Assembly (NCBI GenBank): GCA_944390945.1
Contig: CALXRV010000054.1
Location: forward strand, 2,542 to 66,541
Length of the DNA: 64,000 nt
Direction: 5' to 3'
Source of the DNA: an uncultured Clostridia bacterium
Lineage (GTDB): Bacteria > Bacillota > Dehalobacteriia > UBA4068
The notes under the pieces were generated by a model. The model saw only the letters and a list, made by a program, of their open reading frames with translations, did not search any database and had not been told where the DNA came from. The position numbers and the translations under genes were made by a program. Position 1 is the first letter of the stretch, and every line of letters starts with the position of its first letter. Below are positions 20,648 to 29,295 of this stretch, piece by piece.

Positions 20648-20670
20648 TCCCATCATCCATTCTGTCTAGT

Positions 20671-21591
20671 TCAATCAAAATCGCCGACAAACTTGACTTC
20701 CGGCACCAGGCGAATACCGGCATAAGCATAAACACGTTCCTGTACCAGCTCGATCAGCTCCCGCACCTCCGCCGCAGTCGCATTGCCACGGTTGATAATA
20801 AAATTCCCATGTTTCTGCGAAACTTCTGCTCCACCAACACGCGTTCCACGCAAACCAGCCATCTCGATCAGATGTCCGGCATGATCCCCATCCGGATTGC
20901 GGAACACAGAACCGCAGGAAGGGAATTCCAACGGCTGCGCCAAACTGCGCCGCTGCGAATATTCCTTCATCTTCGCCAAAATCGTCTCCCTCTCGCCAGG
21001 CTGCAAGCGCATCCCGACGCGCGTGATCACCGCCTTCAGTGCAAACAGGCTGCTATCCCGATAAGCAAAATGAATCTGCTCGCGTTCCAGACGAATCGGC
21101 TGTCCATCGAACCCAACCGCAGCAACAAAAGTCACAAAATCGCCCAATCTGCCATCATAGGCACCCGCATTCATCCGAATGCCGCCGCCAACGCTGCCTG
21201 GAATGCCACGGGCAAATTCCAAGCCAGCCAGCCCGCGTTCTGCAGCTTCCAGCGCCAGCGCGGCCAAAAGCATGCCGGCAGAAGCCTCCACCTCGTCTCC
21301 ACGCCAGACGGCGCTGCTGAAATGTTCTGCCATGCGGATCACAACGCCGCGTATGCCCGAATCCGCGACAAGCAGATTCGAACCGTTCCCGATCACCAGC
21401 CAGGGAACATCCCTTTCTGCCAATAAGGTAAGCAGCGCAGAGAGCTCCTCTTCATCCGAAGGCTGTACCAGGATATCTGCCGGACCGCCGATCCGCCAGG
21501 TCGTATAGTCGCACATCGCTACATCGACCAGCGGCGCTACGCGTAACAACGGCGCAATCGCCGCTGCCAGCTCCTGCTTCATCCAAGTCAT
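20671..21591 (-). CDS. murB: UDP-N-acetylenolpyruvoylglucosamine reductase
   Basis: TTWRIGGPA, GNGSNLL, GIPGSVGG..MNAGAY, PSCGSVFRNP, KHGNFIIN. Confidence 0.97.
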   Translation of the reverse strand: MTWMKQELAAAIAPLLRVAPLVDVAMCDYTTWRIGGPADILVQPSDEEELSALLTLLAERDVPWLVIGNGSNLLVADSGIRGVVIRMAEHFSSAVWRGDEVEASAGMLLAALALEAAERGLAGLEFARGIPGSVGGGIRMNAGAYDGRLGDFVTFVAAVGFDGQPIRLEREQIHFAYRDSSLFALKAVITRVGMRLQPGERETILAKMKEYSQRRSLAQPLEFPSCGSVFRNPDGDHAGHLIEMAGLRGTRVGGAEVSQKHGNFIINRGNATAAEVRELIELVQERVYAYAGIRLVPEVKFVGDFD

Positions 21592-22973
21592 ACCTGTTCT
21601 TCCTTTCGTTTTGCCACATAGCGCTCGCCCAGCTGGCGGATATTGCCTGCGCCCAAAATCAACAGCATATCCTCATCGGTCAATTCCTGCACCAACATGC
21701 CCAGCGCAGTGTCAATATCCGGCGCATAGCTGACGCTGCCGTGCCCCATCTCCCGCATCGCATCCACGACAAGTTGCGCGGAAACGCCGAAAATCGGCTT
21801 TTCAAACGCAGGATAAAGCTCGAGCAGCATCACCTTATCGCCATCCATCAGGCTGGCGGCGAAATCGCGGTACATCGCCTGCGTACGACTATAACGGTGC
21901 GGCTGAAAAACGACGAACAGTTTTTTCACGCCCTGGCTGCGCGCAGCTGCAATCGTTGCGCGAATCTCTGTCGGATGATGCGCGTAATCATCAATCACGC
22001 GCAATCGGCCAAACTGACCAAGCAGCTCGAAACGGCGACCGGTACCAGTAAAACGCGCCAGGCCGGCAGCGCATTGCGCAAAGCTGAGCCCCAGCTCTCT
22101 GCCAACCGCAACCGCAGCCAGCGCATTGCTGATATTATGCACACCGCCAACCTGCAACTGCAGCCGCCCAAGTAACAGACCATGATAAAACACATCTGCC
22201 AACACGCCACCACCATAATTCTGCGGCAGATGCACGATATTTTTAACCGTATAATCGGCATCCTCTTCCAATGCATAGGAGATAAAACGGCCCGGGGTTT
22301 CCTGCGCCAATGCGCGAGCAGTCGCACAGTCATAATTGATCACGCCAAACCCATCTGGCGGCAACTGACGCAGGTACTGCGCAAAGGCCGCCACGATATG
22401 CGCCAGATCATGGTAATGATCCAGATGGTCTGCCTCGATATTCGTCACCACTGCGATCTTCGGACGCAAGAGGAGAAAAGTACCGTCGCTTTCATCAGCC
22501 TCTGCCACAAGCGTATCACCACGGCCGGCTTTAGCATTGCCGCCGATCAACGGCAACATACCGCCAATGATGACCGTCGGATCCTTCCCCGCCGCCTCCA
22601 GCATGGTAGCGATCATCGCAGAAGTCGTCGTTTTGCCGTGCGCGCCAGCCACGCCAATACCGATCTTCTGCGAAAGCAGATAAGCCAGCATTTCTGCCCG
22701 CCGGTAAACAGGCAGCCCACGCCGCGCAGCTTCCAGCATCTCAGCATTATCCGGTTTTACGGCAGATGAATAAACGACCGCCTGGCAATCTGCCGGTAAA
22801 TTGGCCGCATCATGCCCATAGCAGATCTTTGCGCCGGCAGCTGCCAGCTCACGCGTCAGGCGTCCTTCCTCCACATCTGAGCCGCTGATCACAAACCCCT
22901 GTCCCAGCATGATCCTGGCGATTGCGCTCATCCCAATGCCGCCGATGCCAATAAAATGCAGCTTTTCTTCCAT
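21588..22973 (-). CDS. murC: UDP-N-acetylmuramate--L-alanine ligase
   Basis: HFIGIGGIGMS, GAHGKTTT, EADESD, DDYAHHPTEI, FQPHRYSRT. Confidence 0.98.
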   Translation of the reverse strand: MEEKLHFIGIGGIGMSAIARIMLGQGFVISGSDVEEGRLTRELAAAGAKICYGHDAANLPADCQAVVYSSAVKPDNAEMLEAARRGLPVYRRAEMLAYLLSQKIGIGVAGAHGKTTTSAMIATMLEAAGKDPTVIIGGMLPLIGGNAKAGRGDTLVAEADESDGTFLLLRPKIAVVTNIEADHLDHYHDLAHIVAAFAQYLRQLPPDGFGVINYDCATARALAQETPGRFISYALEEDADYTVKNIVHLPQNYGGGVLADVFYHGLLLGRLQLQVGGVHNISNALAAVAVGRELGLSFAQCAAGLARFTGTGRRFELLGQFGRLRVIDDYAHHPTEIRATIAAARSQGVKKLFVVFQPHRYSRTQAMYRDFAASLMDGDKVMLLELYPAFEKPIFGVSAQLVVDAMREMGHGSVSYAPDIDTALGMLVQELTDEDMLLILGAGNIRQLGERYVAKRKEEQV

Positions 22974-23001
22974 TTCTCTGCTCCTTGATCTCAGCCGGCG
23001 T

Positions 23002-24105
23002 TCAGCCGTGCTTTTCACTCTGCGCAATCAGATCATAGGCGATCTGTACGATCTTTTGCGCTGCATCCCGATGCGCAAGCGAGAAGGCCGCACGCCGCAT
23101 CTGTGTTAAACGCAGCGGATTTTCCTTCAATTTCAAAACCGCATCCGCCAGCGAAGCGCCATCCAACGCCTGGTCTTCAATCATCAGCGCCGCTTCATGG
23201 GCAACAAAGGCCTGCGCATTATAACGCTGATGATCGTTTGCCGCATAGGGATACGGCACGAGCAGGGTTGGCAGACCGATGCAGGCTGCCTCTGCTAAAA
23301 AAGAGGCGCCGCTACGGGCAACGGCAAGATCTGCCAGTGCCAGCGCATGCTGCATCGCATCCAGATAAGGGAACAACAGCAGGTTCTCATGCTGCGGCAG
23401 GCGTTGCCGTACGGCAAAAGCATGCTGTACGCCGCAGATCAGAATGACGCGAACACCTGCTGCCAATAGCCGCGGGCAGGCAGCCAAGGCGGCTTCGTTC
23501 AATGTCGCAGCCCCCTGCGAGCCGCCGGTGATCAACAAGGTAAACCGCCCCTGCTCAGAAGAGGGAATCTGGAAATAGGCCCAGGCGTCCTCGCGGCTAG
23601 CGCTAAGGATAGCTGGTCGTACTGGCAGTCCTGTCGTATGCAGCCGCTCTGGATGCGGAAAGTATTGGCCAGCCTCCGCAAAAGTCAGGCATACCGCCTG
23701 CGCCTGTCGCGCCAGACGGCGATTAGCCAGACCGGGAAAGGCATTCTGTTCATGCAATAGGGTCGGCAGGTGCAGCCCCTGCGCAGCTTTCACCACCGGC
23801 GCTTCCGCAAAACCGCCGGTTCCGATCACCAGATCCGGCCTTTCGACGCGGAGGATGCGTTGTGCCCGCCGCATACCACGAAAATTATGCGCCAGCTCCA
23901 GAATAACGCGTGGCGATTTGCGATGCAGACCGCATGCCTCTACTCCCTGAAAAGGAAAACCGGCATTGGCAGCCAGCTTCTGCTCCAGGGAGTCCTGCGC
24001 GCCCATATAAAGGATCTCCACGCCATCACGGCGCAGCGCTTCGGCGATCGCCAGCGCCGGATAGATATGTCCGCCCGTGCCTCCGCCGCATACGACTGCT
24101 TTCAT
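23002..24105 (-). CDS. murG: lipid II GlcNAc transferase
   Basis: GGGTGGHIYP, HEQNAFPGLANR, GGSQGA, RSGAS, DHQRYNA. Confidence 0.98.
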   Translation of the reverse strand: MKAVVCGGGTGGHIYPALAIAEALRRDGVEILYMGAQDSLEQKLAANAGFPFQGVEACGLHRKSPRVILELAHNFRGMRRAQRILRVERPDLVIGTGGFAEAPVVKAAQGLHLPTLLHEQNAFPGLANRRLARQAQAVCLTFAEAGQYFPHPERLHTTGLPVRPAILSASREDAWAYFQIPSSEQGRFTLLITGGSQGAATLNEAALAACPRLLAAGVRVILICGVQHAFAVRQRLPQHENLLLFPYLDAMQHALALADLAVARSGASFLAEAACIGLPTLLVPYPYAANDHQRYNAQAFVAHEAALMIEDQALDGASLADAVLKLKENPLRLTQMRRAAFSLAHRDAAQKIVQIAYDLIAQSEKHG

Positions 24106-24140
24106 GCCCAGCCTCCTGCGAAATTTACAGATACCCTACT

Positions 24141-24192
24141 ATTATACATGAAACCGCCAGATATTCAAGGCCTGTTTCTCCGAAACAGGCCC
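24141..24192 (-). promoter_or_regulatory. hairpin plus internal SigA promoter before murG
   Basis: Minus strand GGCCTGTTTC-gga-GAAACAGGCC directly followed by TTGAAT-N16-TATAAT. Confidence 0.55.
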
Positions 24193-24214
24193 TGTTGCTG
24201 CAGATGCAGATCAC

Positions 24215-25336
24215 TCATGTATCGATATGTCGGGAAATATTTAGCAGAATGCCGATCATCGTCATACTGACAACCAGCGAAGTCCCACCATAGCTGACAA
24301 AAGGCAGGGTAACGCCAGTCACCGGCAGCAACCCGGTGCAAACACCCAAGTTAAGCATGCTTTGTATACCGAGCGAGCTAACCATACCGATCGCCAGCAA
24401 CGAAGTATAGGTATTAGGGGCTTTTACCGCAATCATGATTCCGCGCCAGAGGATAAAGACGATCAGCAACAACACAAACAGAGCGCCGATAAAGCCCATC
24501 TCCTCGCAGAGCACAGAAAAAATGAAATCCGTGTGCCGCTCCGGCAAATAATACCATTTACTGCCACCGCTGCCCAAACCAACGCCAGTCAAACCACCGG
24601 AACCAATCGCCATCAGGGACTGCGTTGTCTGCCAGCCGTCTCCCTGCGCATATGCCCAAGGATCCAGCCATGCAAAAATCCGCTCCATACGCCAGGGCTG
24701 CAAGGCAATCGCACCGGTGACACCAGCCGCACCGATGCCGATCAACACGGCAAAATGCGAAACGCGGCATCCTGCACAAAACAGCATCACACAACTTGCT
24801 GCAGCAACGACAAAGGCAACGGAAAGGGAGTTCTGGGCATAGATGAGCACAGCCGTCAGCGCGATCAAGGCCATGCAGGGCAAAAAACCGCGTTTCAGAT
24901 CCGTGACCAGCGTCAGATGGCCGGAAAGCCATTTGGCCAGCGCCATAGGCAGCGCAATCTTCGCCAGCTCTGAAGGCTGGAAATTCATCCCGAACAGCTC
25001 CAGCCACCGCGATGCCCCACCAGCCTCCTCCGCAGCACCAAGCTTGATTGCAGCAGCCAGGAATACCAGCAATGCCAACTCAACCAGATAAGCGGTATAG
25101 CTTAACTTGCGGTAAAGATAAACATTCACTTTATAGGCAATCGCCATCAGCACCAGCCCAACCGCTGCATTGGAAAGCTGCGCTTTCAAAAAATAATAGG
25201 CGTCGTCATAAGGATCATACTGCGCAAAATACTGGCTGGAAGAAAAGACCATGATGATGCCAATGGCGATCAGCAGCAGTACCGCCAACAGCAACCACCA
25301 GTCCGGACTGGACTTTCGCCTCCTTACTTGTGCCAT
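24215..25336 (-). CDS. spoVE: SEDS peptidoglycan polymerase FtsW/SpoVE
   Basis: GASRWL, FQPSELAK, YLPERHTDFIFS, PVTGVTLPFVSYGGTS; lies between murD and murG. Confidence 0.9.
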   Translation of the reverse strand: MAQVRRRKSSPDWWLLLAVLLLIAIGIIMVFSSSQYFAQYDPYDDAYYFLKAQLSNAAVGLVLMAIAYKVNVYLYRKLSYTAYLVELALLVFLAAAIKLGAAEEAGGASRWLELFGMNFQPSELAKIALPMALAKWLSGHLTLVTDLKRGFLPCMALIALTAVLIYAQNSLSVAFVVAAASCVMLFCAGCRVSHFAVLIGIGAAGVTGAIALQPWRMERIFAWLDPWAYAQGDGWQTTQSLMAIGSGGLTGVGLGSGGSKWYYLPERHTDFIFSVLCEEMGFIGALFVLLLIVFILWRGIMIAVKAPNTYTSLLAIGMVSSLGIQSMLNLGVCTGLLPVTGVTLPFVSYGGTSLVVSMTMIGILLNISRHIDT

Positions 25337-25359
25337 CTTTCCCTCCTGCCCGATCGCGT

Positions 25360-26703
25360 TTAACCGCGAATCAATTCCTTGAACAAACGCCCGCGCTGTT
25401 CAAAATTATCAAACTCATCCCAACTGGCACAGGCAGGGGAAAAGAGCACCACATCTCCGGCTTCTGCCGCCAGCTCTGCCCGTGTTACCGCATCCCGGAA
25501 ATTATCCGCGATCTCATAATCCCGATATCCGGCAGCATCTGCCGCTGCCTTGATCAACGGCAGACTTTCCCCGTAGATGATCAGACGCTTCACCTTTTCC
25601 TGGATCAAACCAAAAAGCGGTGAGAAATCGCTGCCTTTGTTATATCCGCCCAGCATCAATACGATCGGTCCATCATAAGCAGACAAAGCCTGATAGGTGC
25701 TGGCGGGATTCGTCCCTTTGGAATCGTTGATATATGTCACACCACGGCGTTCACAGACGAATTCCAGACGATGCTCCACCCCGGGGAATTCAGCCAACGC
25801 CTCACCAATCAACGCATACGGCACGCCTACGCTCTGTGCAGCCAGCGCTGCTGCCATCGCATTTTGCATATTATGCCGTCCTTTGATATATATGCTGCTT
25901 TTCGGGAAGCTATGCACCTGTTTTCCCTTCGACATCACGCAAATTTCCAGCCCGTCGAAATACATCCCATCTTCCAGCGGCTGTAATAGGCTGAAAAAAC
26001 GAGGCTGGGCGGCGCATCTGCCGGCAATCGCTTTCACCGCGGCATCGTCGTCATTAAGGATAGCAAAATCCGACGCATCCATCCTGGCAAACAGCTTTTC
26101 CTTAGCCGCGGCATACGTCGCCATATCACCATGCCGGTCAAGATGATCCGGCGTCAAATTAAGGTGCACACCAACATGCGGCTTAAATTCGCTGCAGCTT
26201 TCCAGCTGAAAGCTGGAAACCTCTGCCACGATATAATCGCCGTTGTATTCCTCCACGCTGGAGACCAGCGGCGTGCCAATATTGCCACCAACCAGCACGG
26301 AAAGCCCGGCATGCTGCAGGATATAGCCCAGCAATGCGGTGGTCGTCGTTTTACCGTTCGTGCCGGTCACCGCCAGAATCGGTGTTTTGGCAAAGCGATA
26401 GGCCAACTCCATTTCGCCGATCACTTCCACGCCGGCCGCACGGCTCATGGTCAACAGGGGGATCATTGGCGGCACGCCCGGGCTGACGATAACAAGATCC
26501 CAAGTGATGCGTTCCGGCAGCTGGTTGACCAGCATCAGCTTTACGCCCATATCCTCCAGCAGCCACAGATCATGGCTTAGCTTTTCCCGCGGTTTGCTAT
26601 CCGAAAGGATCACCTTTGCCCCATGCGCGAGCAAAAAGCGGCTCGCATCCATTCCGCTACGGCCAGCGCCTACGACCAATACCGTTTTTCCCTGCAATTG
26701 CAT
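25360..26703 (-). CDS. murD: UDP-MurNAc-L-Ala--D-glutamate ligase
   Basis: GAGRSG, TGTNGKTTT, EVSSFQL, PDHLDRH, NDSKGTN, SPACASWD. Confidence 0.98.
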   Translation of the reverse strand: MQLQGKTVLVVGAGRSGMDASRFLLAHGAKVILSDSKPREKLSHDLWLLEDMGVKLMLVNQLPERITWDLVIVSPGVPPMIPLLTMSRAAGVEVIGEMELAYRFAKTPILAVTGTNGKTTTTALLGYILQHAGLSVLVGGNIGTPLVSSVEEYNGDYIVAEVSSFQLESCSEFKPHVGVHLNLTPDHLDRHGDMATYAAAKEKLFARMDASDFAILNDDDAAVKAIAGRCAAQPRFFSLLQPLEDGMYFDGLEICVMSKGKQVHSFPKSSIYIKGRHNMQNAMAAALAAQSVGVPYALIGEALAEFPGVEHRLEFVCERRGVTYINDSKGTNPASTYQALSAYDGPIVLMLGGYNKGSDFSPLFGLIQEKVKRLIIYGESLPLIKAAADAAGYRDYEIADNFRDAVTRAELAAEAGDVVLFSPACASWDEFDNFEQRGRLFKELIRG

Positions 26704-26749
26704 TCGCTGTCCTCCTTTTCCGTCAGAATCCTCTTCAGTCAGGTCAACA

Positions 26750-27763
26750 CTAAAGCAACGCGCTGGCGATCAGCGTCACAAAAACAAAACCAGCAGAAGC
26801 CAGTACGAACATTGCCGTAACCTTTGTTTCTGGCCAGCCCTTCAACTCAAAATGATGATGCAGCGGCGACATCAGAAAAATTCGTTTACCAGTAAGCTGA
26901 AAACTGGCAACCTGCAACATCACAGAAAGCGCCTCCAGCAAATAGACGAGCCCAAAGCCGATCAAGCCCAGTTCCAACCGCATCACCAGCATAAAGCCGA
27001 CCACTGCCCCGCCCAAAGCCATGGAGCCGGTATCGCCCATAAAAACGCGCGCTGGGTAATGATTATAAAACAGAAAACCCAGGCAGCAGCCAGCCATCGC
27101 CGCAGCCAGTAAAGCGATGTCTTCGCTGATGCCAAACATACCACGCAAAACCAGCGCCGACAGCATAAAACCTACCATCACCGGAAAACTGACACCAGAA
27201 GCCAGGCCATCCAGACCATCAGTCAAATTTACCGCATTGACCATACCAACCACAAAAATCGCAACCAATGGATAGTATCCCCAGCCAAGATCAAACCATG
27301 GCTCCAGCTGTCCGGCAAACAGCGCGGAAGGCAGATAAATCGCCGTACCACGTTCCGTCAGAACCGCATTGCCCGCCAACAGCAAAGCAACGGTTAGGAA
27401 CTGGCCGAGCAATTTTTGCTTACCGGTTAGGCCGAGATTGCGGTGCAGGATCACCTTATACATGTCATCCAAAAAGCCGATCAGACCAAAGGCAAGAAAA
27501 GAAAACAGCCATATCCAACGCGGCGGTTCATTGCTAAAGCGGCAGAAAAAGAGGATGAGCATGGCAAGGATAAAAATCAGCCCGCCCATGGTCGGCGTAC
27601 CGGCCTTAGATAGATGGCGTTCCGGCCCCTCGGCACGAATGGTTTGTCCCACATGCAGACGCCGCAAAAGTGGCAACATGAAACGCCCGATCAATATGGT
27701 CAACAGTGCGCCGGCAACCAGCCAGACAAGCACGCGTAATATCACCTGTGCATCCACGATCAT
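26750..27763 (-). CDS. mraY: phospho-MurNAc-pentapeptide transferase
   Basis: KAGTPTMGG, GFLDD, NAVNLTDGLDGL, VFMGDTGS, MSPLHHHFE. Confidence 0.98.
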   Translation of the reverse strand: MIVDAQVILRVLVWLVAGALLTILIGRFMLPLLRRLHVGQTIRAEGPERHLSKAGTPTMGGLIFILAMLILFFCRFSNEPPRWIWLFSFLAFGLIGFLDDMYKVILHRNLGLTGKQKLLGQFLTVALLLAGNAVLTERGTAIYLPSALFAGQLEPWFDLGWGYYPLVAIFVVGMVNAVNLTDGLDGLASGVSFPVMVGFMLSALVLRGMFGISEDIALLAAAMAGCCLGFLFYNHYPARVFMGDTGSMALGGAVVGFMLVMRLELGLIGFGLVYLLEALSVMLQVASFQLTGKRIFLMSPLHHHFELKGWPETKVTAMFVLASAGFVFVTLIASALL

Positions 27764-27780
27764 TTTCGGATCCTCTCGCT

Positions 27781-29268
27781 CTATTCTTTCCCCAAACGAG
27801 CGCGCAATATGTTGCGCGCAATCTCCCTGTCATCAAAATGATGTTTAACGCCACGGATAATCTGATAATCCTCATGTCCCTTACCGGCAAGCAGCACAAT
27901 ATCGCCGCTGCTCGCCATGCCGATCGCCAAACGGATCGCCTTCTCGCGGTCAATCTCTACCAGATAATTATTCCCCACGCTGCGTATGCCTTCCTCCACC
28001 ATTTCCAAAATTGTTTGCGGATCTTCATTGCGTGGATTATCTGAAGTCAAAACCGCCACATCCGCATACTGCCCGGCAATCCGCCCCATTAAAGGCCGCT
28101 TGCGACTATCGCGGTCCCCGCCACAGCCAAATACGCAAATTACACGGCGCGGTTTGAGCGCTCTCGCAGCATGGAGCACATTTTCCAGGCCATCCGGCGT
28201 ATGCGCATAATCCACCACGACAGCAAAATCCTGTCCTTCGTCTACCAGTTCAAACCTGCCGGCAACCTGCGGCGCCTGTGGCAACCAGCTGAGAATATCC
28301 GATATTTCCAACCCTTCAGCCAGTGCCACACAAATTGCTGCCAGCGCATTATAAACATTAAATTTGCCAATCAATGGGATCTGCGCCGTATAGACCTTGT
28401 CCTGGAACTTGAAGGAAAAGCGCATACCGCTAATGGTGGCATTCAAATGCAGCAGCTGCAGATCAGCCCCTTCGCGCATGCCATAACTCCATTGCCGGGC
28501 ACGGCATGCCTGGCAAAAGCGTTCGGCATAAGCGTCGTCCAAATTGATTACGCCATAGCGGTTGTCCCGCTCTGGCGCAAGCATACGAAACAGGGTTTCC
28601 TTACTTTGGCAATACGATACCATGTCGCCATGATAATCAAGATGATCCTGCGTCAGATTGGTAAATACTCCTGCGGCAAAGTTACAGGCACTGACACGCT
28701 GCATGGCAAGCGCTTGGGAAGAAGCTTCGATCACCGCATAGCCGCAACCTGCTTCCACCATCTGTGAAAGCAGACCAAAAAGCTCCAACGATTCCGGCGT
28801 AGTACCCGCGCTGATCTGCTCCGGCAGCATCTTGTCCCCTGCCATAGCCCCAACTGTACCCAACACGCCGCTTTTCCGTCCAGCCTTTTCCAGCAAAAAT
28901 TTAATCAAATGTGTCGTCGTCGTTTTGCCGTTTGTGCCGGTCACACCGATCAGACGCAGCTGCCGGTCCGGATAACCATACCACGCGGCGGCGGCAAAAG
29001 CCAGCGCCCGCCGACTATCCGCCGTAACGATCAGCGGTACCGGCAAAGGCAGCCTGCGCTCTGCAATCACTGCACAGGCCCCATTTGCGACTGCCTGCGG
29101 AATAAAGTCATGCCCATCCACCTGCAGACCGGGAATGGCAACAAAAAGATACCCTTCCTTTACCTGCCGGGAATCATAGGCAATGCCCAAAATTTCCCTT
29201 TCCGCATCGCCGGATAAAACAATATCTCCCGGCAACGCGGCGATGATATCTTTCAGCAGCATCCGCAA
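27781..29268 (-). CDS. murE: UDP-MurNAc-dipeptide--meso-DAP ligase
   Basis: GTNGKTTT, TNLTQDHLDYH, DYAHTPD, DNPR (mDAP-specific), GKGHE. Confidence 0.98.
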   Translation of the reverse strand: MRMLLKDIIAALPGDIVLSGDAEREILGIAYDSRQVKEGYLFVAIPGLQVDGHDFIPQAVANGACAVIAERRLPLPVPLIVTADSRRALAFAAAAWYGYPDRQLRLIGVTGTNGKTTTTHLIKFLLEKAGRKSGVLGTVGAMAGDKMLPEQISAGTTPESLELFGLLSQMVEAGCGYAVIEASSQALAMQRVSACNFAAGVFTNLTQDHLDYHGDMVSYCQSKETLFRMLAPERDNRYGVINLDDAYAERFCQACRARQWSYGMREGADLQLLHLNATISGMRFSFKFQDKVYTAQIPLIGKFNVYNALAAICVALAEGLEISDILSWLPQAPQVAGRFELVDEGQDFAVVVDYAHTPDGLENVLHAARALKPRRVICVFGCGGDRDSRKRPLMGRIAGQYADVAVLTSDNPRNEDPQTILEMVEEGIRSVGNNYLVEIDREKAIRLAIGMASSGDIVLLAGKGHEDYQIIRGVKHHFDDREIARNILRARLGKE

Positions 29269-29295
29269 TCTCCCCCTTCTGTTGGCATGTGGCGA

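Noticed and set aside
26750-29268. Absence of murF between murE and mraY
   Set aside because: Common in Firmicutes, including Bacillus subtilis.
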